DNA of 22,604 bases, taken from NCBI GenBank assembly GCA_014728035.1, contig WJMJ01000109.1:1-22604 (forward strand). The letters are read 5' to 3'. Made by a program: the position numbers and the translations under genes. The notes beneath the pieces were generated by a model. That model did no database searches. It was not told the origin of the DNA and worked only from the letters and a program-made list of their open reading frames with translations. Below are positions 1-6,963 of the stretch, one piece after another. The stretch comes from Promethearchaeota archaeon. Its GTDB lineage: Archaea > Asgardarchaeota > Thorarchaeia > Thorarchaeales > Thorarchaeaceae. The number at the start of each line of letters is the position of its first letter. The first letter of the stretch is position 1.

Positions 1-158
1 ATAACAAACCTGAACTTAAGACTGATATTCCATGGGCTGCAGATGTAGAACAATCAACATTCTCGTACAGAAATGGTGTATTAGAAATACGAATTACAAA
101 AGCAGAAGATGCAGAAAAAAGTTCAGATGTTAGAGAAGTATATCTGGACCAAGGATGA
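1..158 (+). CDS. Small heat shock protein (Hsp20/alpha-crystallin family), C-terminal fragment, 5'-truncated
   Basis: Not in the ORF track. Frame 3 reads ...NKPELKTDIPWAADVEQSTFSYRNGVLEIRITKAEDAEKSSDVREVYLDQG* (TGA 156-158). YRNGVLEI matches the Hsp20 'Y.NGVL.I' motif, and the terminal VYL resembles the IXI/V motif. Hsp20 directly upstream of cdc48 is a common archaeal arrangement. Confidence 0.85.
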   Translation, partial: NKPELKTDIPWAADVEQSTFSYRNGVLEIRITKAEDAEKSSDVREVYLDQG

Positions 159-182
159 TTATTATTTAGGATAGAATCAACA

Positions 183-190
183 AAGGAGGA
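183..190 (+). promoter_or_regulatory. Shine-Dalgarno site for cdc48
   Basis: AAGGAGGA ends 6 nt before ATG 197. Confidence 0.75.
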
Positions 191-196
191 TAGTAT

Positions 197-2386
197 ATGT
201 CAGATAAAGCAAGACGGCTAAAAGTAGCCGCAGCGATGCCTAAAGACCAAGGTCGCGGCATCGTACGATTGAATTCACAAGTACGACGGGAATTGAACAT
301 CAGAAGTGGAGATTACGTTCAATTGAAAGGTCAGAAGACAACCGTCGCAATTGCCTGGCCTGGTCTTCAAGAAGATGAAGTACTAGACATGGTTCGAATG
401 GACGGACTGATCCGAAATAATGCGGGAGTACGACTTGGTGAAGCAATTGAGGTCAGTAAGATTGACCTTCAAACTGCTTCTCGAGTAACCATCGCCCCAA
501 GTCAGAAAGTTCGATTTCAACCAGGTTTTGAACGCTATATTCACCAGCAATTATTGAATAAACCTATTTCACATGGTGATACAATTGTTATCGCTTCAAT
601 TGGACAGGGTTTGCAGTTCATTGCAACTGCAGTGTCACCTAATAAACACGCAAAAATTGGACCACACACAAAGTTAGAGGTTTTAAATGAACCAGCATCA
701 CCTGAAGATATTTCGGTTCCTCAAGTCACTTACGAAGATATCGGTGGCCTTGGAAAGGAATTGACTAAGATTCGGGAGATGGTTGAATTACCAATGAAAT
801 CTCCTGACCTCTTCAAACGATTAGGAATTTCACCGCCAAAAGGTGTATTGCTAATGGGTCCACCAGGAACTGGTAAGACCTTGATTGCAAAGGCAGTAGC
901 AAATGAGTCTGGAGCTAATTTCAAGGTCATTAATGGACCAGAAATTATGTCCAAGTTCTATGGTGAATCTGAAGGGAAACTAAGAGAAGTATTTGAAGAA
1001 GCTGAAAAGAACGCTCCCAGTATTATATTCATAGATGAGTTAGATAGTATTGCACCAAAACGAGCTGAAGTGACTGGTGAAGTAGAACGAAGAGTAGTCG
1101 CCCAATTATTGTCGTTAATGGACGGTTTAGCAGGTCGTGGACAGGTAATTGTCATTGGTGCTACAAATCGGCCTGATGACGTTGATGAAGCACTAAGAAG
1201 GCCTGGAAGATTTGATCGTGAACTAGTAATTGGAGTTCCAGACAAAAAGGGGCGATTAGAGATTCTTCAAATTCATACTAGAGCTATGCCTCTTGACGAA
1301 GAAGTTGACCTAGAGAAGCTTTCAGGTGTAACTCATGGATTTGTAGGAGCTGATCTTGCATCTCTAGCACGTGAAGCAGCTATGCAAGCTCTGAGGCGTG
1401 CTTTACCTCATGTAGACCCCGAAACAGGAGATATCCCTCAAGACATTCTCAGCGACCTTTACGTTACACAAAGCGATTTTGAAACCGCAATGTCAGAGAT
1501 TTCTCCATCAGCACTCCGCGAGTTTCTTGTTGAGAAACCAAACGTGCAATGGGATGATGTTGGAGGACTTGAGAAAGTAAAAGGCAATCTTCGAGAAGCT
1601 GTTGAAGCTCCACTAAGACACCCTGAAGTCTTTGAAGAGATGGGAATCCGATCACCAAAAGGTGTACTCTTGTTCGGCCCCCCTGGTACAGGTAAGACAC
1701 TTCTTGCAAAAGCAGTAGCAACTGAAAGTGAAGCTAACTTCATCTCAGTTCGTGGACCTGAAGTGTTCAACAAGTACGTGGGAGAGTCTGAGAAAGCTAT
1801 TCGTGATGTATTCAAAAAAGCAAGACAAACCGCACCCTGTATCCTCTTCTTTGATGAAATAGATGCAATAATGGGAATGCGTGGTCACGGTGATGATACT
1901 GGTGTGAGTCAGAGAATTGTCAACCAATTCTTGGCCGAGCTTGATGGAATGCAGAGCCTACAGAATGTTTTGGTCATTGGCGCAACCAATCGCGCAGACA
2001 TGCTTGACCCTGCAGTACTCAGACCCGGTCGATTTGACTCTGTTGTCTATGTACCTCCACCCGATGTCAAAGCGCGTGAAGCAATTCTTAAGGTACATAC
2101 AGAAGACATGCCACTTGATGATGCTGTTTCACTAGCGAAGCTTGCAGAGATGACTGAGGGATTCTCAGGTGCAGATATTGAGAATCTAGTCCGAGAAGCT
2201 GCAATGGCAGCGGTTAGAACTGATTGGAAACCTCGACCAGTAGAGATGGAGCACTTTGAAGCAGCTCTGAAGGAGGTTCGTCCCTCAATATCCGAGGGTG
2301 ACGCAGAGAAATATTCAGCGATGGCTGAACGAGTTCTTAGAAGGAGCCCTGGTAAGAGTACCAAAGACTTACCAGGATATGTATAG
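197..2386 (+). CDS. cdc48: CDC48/VCP/p97 (VAT) family AAA+ ATPase
   Basis: N-domain (GRGIVRL...[11 protein letters not shown]), D1 'YEDIGGL', two Walker A GPPGTGKT, Walker B IIFIDE and ILFFDE, two RPGRFD Arg-finger motifs, C-terminal GYV. Confidence 0.97.
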   Translation: MSDKARRLKVAAAMPKDQGRGIVRLNSQVRRELNIRSGDYVQLKGQKTTVAIAWPGLQEDEVLDMVRMDGLIRNNAGVRLGEAIEVSKIDLQTASRVTIAPSQKVRFQPGFERYIHQQLLNKPISHGDTIVIASIGQGLQFIATAVSPNKHAKIGPHTKLEVLNEPASPEDISVPQVTYEDIGGLGKELTKIREMVELPMKSPDLFKRLGISPPKGVLLMGPPGTGKTLIAKAVANESGANFKVINGPEIMSKFYGESEGKLREVFEEAEKNAPSIIFIDELDSIAPKRAEVTGEVERRVVAQLLSLMDGLAGRGQVIVIGATNRPDDVDEALRRPGRFDRELVIGVPDKKGRLEILQIHTRAMPLDEEVDLEKLSGVTHGFVGADLASLAREAAMQALRRALPHVDPETGDIPQDILSDLYVTQSDFETAMSEISPSALREFLVEKPNVQWDDVGGLEKVKGNLREAVEAPLRHPEVFEEMGIRSPKGVLLFGPPGTGKTLLAKAVATESEANFISVRGPEVFNKYVGESEKAIRDVFKKARQTAPCILFFDEIDAIMGMRGHGDDTGVSQRIVNQFLAELDGMQSLQNVLVIGATNRADMLDPAVLRPGRFDSVVYVPPPDVKAREAILKVHTEDMPLDDAVSLAKLAEMTEGFSGADIENLVREAAMAAVRTDWKPRPVEMEHFEAALKEVRPSISEGDAEKYSAMAERVLRRSPGKSTKDLPGYV

Positions 2387-2394
2387 ATACAATA

Positions 2395-2429
2395 GAAGTC
2401 GGAGTTTTTCCGACCTTCTTCCTTTTTTT
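2395..2429 (+). terminator. Stem-loop plus T-tract terminator after cdc48
   Basis: GTCGGA(2398-2403)-GTTTT-TCCGAC(2409-2414), followed by CTTCTTCC and T7 (2423-2429). Confidence 0.7.
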
Positions 2430-2550
2430 AAAAAATCAGATTATTCAAAATTCTAGATTCAAGTGTCTTATTCATTTCTTTTGCCTGACACGAATAGGAA
2501 TATATGCAGCAGAATACAGTCAAGAACAATGTTCCTAGGAGGCTTGCTTC

Positions 2551-5040
2551 ATGCCACATCGCTGGATTGTCAATCTATGTCCCTTTCTTCACTTTAACAA
2601 TGCTGGAACTCATAATTATGAACATAATATCAGTATAGTTTCATGGAATGTAAAGAGTATACTTGACTATCTCGATGTTGATTCTGAACACAAATTTTGT
2701 CTAGGTCAGGTTACTTTGTTTGAAGGATTCAAACGACTCTTTCCAAATTATTGGGATGTTTTACACCAGCGCATATTAGAAGGACGTATAGAATTGGTGG
2801 GCGGGACATATGTACTTCCTGATCTTATAATTCCGAATGGTGAATCCACTGTACGACAATTTTTGGTAGGTCGAAAGTATTACAGAAGTGAATTTGGAGT
2901 TGAACCAAAGACTGGTTGGGCAATTGATGCATCCGGTCATTTTTCACAACTTCCACAGGTACTGCGTCAATGTGGTATGGACTCGTATGTTTTTTGGAGA
3001 GGAATGCCCTATGATTCTCCATCTGAGTTCGAATGGATTGGGTGTGATGGTAGTCGAGTAAATGCAATCTGGCTGTCAAATGGCTTCAGTCAAGCTGCAT
3101 GGTTATCTGAGAATACTCGTGAAGCATTTGGAAATTTACTGAATAGTATCGAAATCACTAGAAACAGAAGTATTTCAAAAAATGTATTCCTTCCAGTTGG
3201 TGGTGATATGGTTCCTCCACCACCTCATTTGTCTGATTTGGTATCTCAGTGGAATGATGCATTCCCCGATATGCGGATGGTTATTGTTACCCCACACGAA
3301 TTCATTGAGAAGATAAAATCCGTACAAAGCAAACTTCCAACCATATCTGGTCCGCTGATCTCTGGCAGATTTGCACCGACTCGCTCAGGAGGTTTAAGTA
3401 GTCGAGTTCGTTTGAAAATTAGTAGTCGAAAACTTGAGATTCTACTCTACTTGGTTGAATTGTATTCTTCAATGATTAATGACCAATCTATTACTGTTGA
3501 TTTAGAAAATCTATGGAGAGTATTGCTTTTCAATCATGACCACAATATAATTCGTGGAACTATTGCTGACGAACCATATCAACTTGCTATGAGAAGATTC
3601 GGTCAGGCTATTGAACATGCAGAAGATATGCTTGAACGAGCAATTGAAACATTGTCTACTAGAATTGGACATGAATCCCGACACTATTCATTTGTTGTAT
3701 TCAATCCTCTTCCTTGGGTCCGAACTGATACCGTCCGAATCCCAATAGATAGTACTGGCGTAGAAACTGAATACTTTGAGATACAGAATGTTTCAGGTGA
3801 GAGTATTCCTTACCAAATTCTAGGAGATAATCCTGAAGGCTCTCCCATTGAAGTTGTATTCACAGCGAGTGATATGCCAAGCTTGGGTCATCGGGTATAT
3901 ACTGTTGTACCCTCCGAAGAAAAACCAGAATTTGAAACTTGTATAAAAAGTGGGAAAGATTGGATCGAATCTGAAAAATTCCTAATTGAATTTGATGAGT
4001 TTAACGGTGCAATCACACGTATTTTCGATAAAGTCAATTCTATCGAACTAATCCGATCTGATGGCAATTATATCACGATGGAGAGTGATGTTGGTGATCT
4101 ACATCGTTATGAAGAGTCAACTTGTGTGTCTGAAAAGTCTAAGATTACTACACTTCGATATCCCGCACAAGTAAAGGTCATAGAAGAGGGACCTGTTCGA
4201 ACGGTTATGGAAATTGAGGGTGAAATTCAAGGGTCATATCGTACTCAAAGGGTAACTTTGAGTTCGGGAGTTGACCGAATAGATTGTGAAACTATATTGG
4301 ATTACAAAGGACAGGATAAACGAGTTCGTGTTCATTTTCCATTGACCGTGTTTTCAGATACGGTTAGAGTTGGGTCTCAGTTTGGTAGTGAAATTAGGCA
4401 TGCTATTCCCTATTCTTCCGCAGATTGGGCAGAATCTGATACTGGAACGTTTTCAGCTTTGGATTGGGTTGACTGTCAAGGCCCTAATCATGGATTGGGA
4501 TTGGCGGCTTATGGTCTGCATGAATATCAGTTCATCGATGGAATATTATCCGTAACGCTTCTGAGAAGTGTGGATCATTTATCTAGAGGGCTTGACGATG
4601 ATGTGGTCGAGACCGAACTAGCTCTTGAAAATGGACGTTACTCCTTTAAATTATCACTTCTTCCACATATTAGGTCTTGGAAGGATTCAAGAGTTTGGCG
4701 TCGTTCCAGTGAAATTCTGTATCCATTCATTGGTTATCCACTTGACACCGCAGAAGGTGAACTACTGGCGGAACATAGCGCTTTCCAAATTGAAGGTGTT
4801 GCTCTCGCACTCTCTTGTTACAAACCAACCAACACTCCAAATGAATTCATTGTTCGCGTTTTCGAGCTTGAGGGAACGAGTGGAAAAGCTACGATATCTT
4901 TTCATCGAGATCTTGAGACGGTTACTCTTGTAGATCTTTGTGAGAGTGAGATTGGAGAACTATCTTGTAGTGGTAATTCTCTTGAATTAGAGGTTGATAG
5001 CTATTCTATCATAACATTAAAGATATGCTTCCAAGCTTGA
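2551..5040 (+). CDS. Glycoside hydrolase family 38 (class II alpha-mannosidase-like), with atypical active-site motifs
   Basis: GH38 hallmarks: EGRIELVGGTYV.PD..IPNGES..RQF..GRKY...EFG, WAIDASGH (nucleophile Asp), QLPQVL, F.W.G.DGS.V, VVFNPLPW.R, GPVR, L..TLLRS. GGAGG RBS at 2539-2543. Confidence 0.9.
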   Translation: MPHRWIVNLCPFLHFNNAGTHNYEHNISIVSWNVKSILDYLDVDSEHKFCLGQVTLFEGFKRLFPNYWDVLHQRILEGRIELVGGTYVLPDLIIPNGESTVRQFLVGRKYYRSEFGVEPKTGWAIDASGHFSQLPQVLRQCGMDSYVFWRGMPYDSPSEFEWIGCDGSRVNAIWLSNGFSQAAWLSENTREAFGNLLNSIEITRNRSISKNVFLPVGGDMVPPPPHLSDLVSQWNDAFPDMRMVIVTPHEFIEKIKSVQSKLPTISGPLISGRFAPTRSGGLSSRVRLKISSRKLEILLYLVELYSSMINDQSITVDLENLWRVLLFNHDHNIIRGTIADEPYQLAMRRFGQAIEHAEDMLERAIETLSTRIGHESRHYSFVVFNPLPWVRTDTVRIPIDSTGVETEYFEIQNVSGESIPYQILGDNPEGSPIEVVFTASDMPSLGHRVYTVVPSEEKPEFETCIKSGKDWIESEKFLIEFDEFNGAITRIFDKVNSIELIRSDGNYITMESDVGDLHRYEESTCVSEKSKITTLRYPAQVKVIEEGPVRTVMEIEGEIQGSYRTQRVTLSSGVDRIDCETILDYKGQDKRVRVHFPLTVFSDTVRVGSQFGSEIRHAIPYSSADWAESDTGTFSALDWVDCQGPNHGLGLAAYGLHEYQFIDGILSVTLLRSVDHLSRGLDDDVVETELALENGRYSFKLSLLPHIRSWKDSRVWRRSSEILYPFIGYPLDTAEGELLAEHSAFQIEGVALALSCYKPTNTPNEFIVRVFELEGTSGKATISFHRDLETVTLVDLCESEIGELSCSGNSLELEVDSYSIITLKICFQA

Positions 5041-5130
5041 TTTGGTAGGGATTCAGTCCCGATAATCTTTTGAATGGTGATTCTTCAGGATATTCAACAA
5101 ATAGCTAATACTCATCGTGAGGAACAAAAA

Positions 5131-6021
5131 ATGAGCGATTTCTACCCAATATCTCCCTTGGTTGGCATCACCAATACCAGCTACGGGGCGCAAGCTGGAG
5201 TCATGGATGAGAAATGGGCATGTAGAGTTGTACGTGGTAAGAAGATTATCACCGAAAAGACCATGCCTGATTTGTCATTGGACAATTTCGTTGGAGTGAT
5301 TTATGGTCACATTCGTGTTGAAGGATTAAGTCGTCATTCAGTTGCTCGATGTGCTGGACGACTAATGCAATTTTCCCGAAAGTATCAAACAGCTGGAATT
5401 TGTCCAAATTTTGAAATACCTGATTTAGTTAGGGACAGTGAAGACGGTGAAGAATATATTGCTGCTACGCCATCTTCTACTGTAGAACCTGAATCTGGGG
5501 GATCCACTCAGGCTGTACCAGAAGATGAAGAAATCGTTATAGAATCTGCACATATTGGGTCTTTGCCAAATGTGGTTCCAATCGTCGGGAATAAACTTTG
5601 GGCAAAGAGTGTAGAATCGCATGCCATAATTCTGAATGAGACAATTGCTTATGCTGGTGATTTAGGGCCGGAACATCTCGATGCTATGATTACACGTATT
5701 GCTAATGCGATGTTAAAACAATGGATAGATCCCAGTGATCCTCACCAAGTGGTGACCAAGTTCTGTCAAATGATACAAGGCTGTTCCAAAGAGAGTCAAC
5801 TACCAAAAACAGGTGTTGGAAAATTAACAGTTGAAACAGGAAAATGTGAAGTTCTCTGGATGGCTCGTGAATTGGACCCTGATGCTGACCGATTTCCAGC
5901 AGGATATCCTTGTGCATTTCACGAATTACTTGCTGAGAAGGTTGCAGAGATAGCGGGTCTTGAAATCAATGTCAATACATCATCAATTGGCTGTACTGTA
6001 GACCTGAAACTTCCTGATTAA
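5131..6021 (+). CDS. Hypothetical two-domain protein with a putative C-terminal V4R/HNOB/Bet3-superfamily-like Cys3 domain
   Basis: Start moved to ATG 5131 (GAGG upstream). N-domain, then an acidic Ser/Thr/Glu linker, then a C-domain 'LTVETGKCEV...GYPCAFH...GCTVDL' with V4R-like Cys spacing. The ORF is solid; the fold is inferred. Confidence 0.55.
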   Translation: MSDFYPISPLVGITNTSYGAQAGVMDEKWACRVVRGKKIITEKTMPDLSLDNFVGVIYGHIRVEGLSRHSVARCAGRLMQFSRKYQTAGICPNFEIPDLVRDSEDGEEYIAATPSSTVEPESGGSTQAVPEDEEIVIESAHIGSLPNVVPIVGNKLWAKSVESHAIILNETIAYAGDLGPEHLDAMITRIANAMLKQWIDPSDPHQVVTKFCQMIQGCSKESQLPKTGVGKLTVETGKCEVLWMARELDPDADRFPAGYPCAFHELLAEKVAEIAGLEINVNTSSIGCTVDLKLPD

Positions 6022-6119
6022 ATTCGGTTGATTATATCGACGACAATCTTAAATCCGCCTGTACGATTCAGTTAGTCTGAGTAGGGTCATAGTATCTTGA
6101 CTCGTAAAGGTGAATACAA

Positions 6120-6401
6120 ATGTCGTATCTTACCATGCGTGAATATGTTCGCTCAGGACCAGTTTGTTTTGGAGCGATACTCGTGATTGCAGGTGCAATC
6201 TTAGCTTTGCTTCCTTCAATTGACGCTGCATATGATTTTGTACCAGGAATGACAACAATCATAGGTGCTGTCGTAGCAGTTGTTGGTTTGGTTCTGATTC
6301 TTATTGGATTCTTCTTCACATCGAAGAAGCGTGATTCGGTCCTTAGACCTGTTGATACCAAATCAGATGATACCCCACCCGCACCTCCTCCACCAGACTA
6401 A
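6120..6401 (+). CDS. Small 2-TM membrane protein with C-terminal polyproline tail
   Basis: AGGTGA RBS upstream. Two hydrophobic helices (VCFGAILVIAGAILALL; IIGAVVAVVGLVLILIGFFF), a KKR stop-transfer, and tail DTPPAPPPPD. Confidence 0.75.
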   Translation: MSYLTMREYVRSGPVCFGAILVIAGAILALLPSIDAAYDFVPGMTTIIGAVVAVVGLVLILIGFFFTSKKRDSVLRPVDTKSDDTPPAPPPPD

Positions 6402-6432
6402 TCTCTGAGTTGATGCAGTTAAAAATAAAAAT

Positions 6433-6482
6433 TCCAGGACCTGTATTTTTCAGGTCCTTGGAGTAACTTTTCTTCTTTTTTC
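6433..6482 (+). terminator. Stem-loop plus T-tract terminator
   Basis: AGGACCTG(6436-6443)-TATTTTT-CAGGTCCT(6451-6458), extendable by TCC/GGA, followed by TTTTCTTCTTTTTT. An upstream A-tract suggests it could act on both strands. Confidence 0.7.
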
Positions 6483-6583
6483 CTCATTGTTTTTGCCAAT
6501 TCTGCTTGATGTACCTGCTAGTAATGCTAATATGCGGGGAATACGAAAAAACTAGTAACAGACCTATTGGATGGGAATGGTCA

Positions 6584-6874
6584 ATGACAGTACTTGAGTA
6601 TAAAGATTCAAAATTTCACGAGGCACAAGGTCAGGGTTCTACTGAAATCATCTTGAAAGTTGATGATTCTGCTAAGAAGCTTATACTGACTATCCCTAGT
6701 GGAGTAAGCCTGATTCAGCGAAGAGCTGCAGAAAGAAACGCACGATCAATACAGAAGTCTGGTTTTCAGACGGCTCGGCAAGGACGCATCGGAAAAGGAT
6801 ACGAACTTGTTGTAGAAGGTCATGGTGGAGGACTTCCAGATCGTTTGAAGCATTCACCACGCGAGGTATACTGA
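6584..6874 (+). CDS. 96-aa hypothetical protein; putative divergent single gelsolin-like domain
   Basis: Start moved from TTG 6506 to ATG 6584 (MTVLEYKD). Its core aligns without gaps to the gelsolin domain of the 11406 gene (see findings). Confidence 0.55.
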   Translation: MTVLEYKDSKFHEAQGQGSTEIILKVDDSAKKLILTIPSGVSLIQRRAAERNARSIQKSGFQTARQGRIGKGYELVVEGHGGGLPDRLKHSPREVY

Positions 6875-6892
6875 GTGGGCAAATCTGCCCAC
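6875..6892 (+). terminator. Hairpin immediately after the stop codon (terminator or RNA-stability element)
   Basis: GTGGGCA-AATC-TGCCCAC is a perfect 7-bp stem. Only a weak T-rich stretch follows. Confidence 0.45.
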
Positions 6893-6963
6893 CAGAAATC
6901 TATTTCTTATTCGGAAGACTAAAGGTCATCCGAATCAATTAATTTCATGGAGGTTTGTAAACC

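Noticed and set aside
730-2364. Several short ORFs antisense to or nested in cdc48
   Set aside because: Shadow ORFs of a highly conserved gene, with no motifs or RBS.
197-2386. Calling the AAA ATPase NSF because a SNAP-like gene is nearby
   Set aside because: Both ATPase domains are intact and the motifs are typical of archaeal Cdc48/VAT; NSF has a degenerate D2.
5074-5130. Longer N-termini from the ORF track (5074; likewise 6506, 9976, 11618, 16727)
   Set aside because: They run through promoter- or terminator-like intergenic DNA; downstream ATGs fit RBS position or domain starts better.
2825-5917. Short alternative-frame or antisense ORFs within GH38 and the 5131 gene
   Set aside because: Fully overlapped by longer, better-supported CDSs and with implausible composition.
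6068-6361. 97-aa minus-strand ORF
   Set aside because: Antisense to the 2-TM protein, which has an RBS, a terminator and coherent topology.
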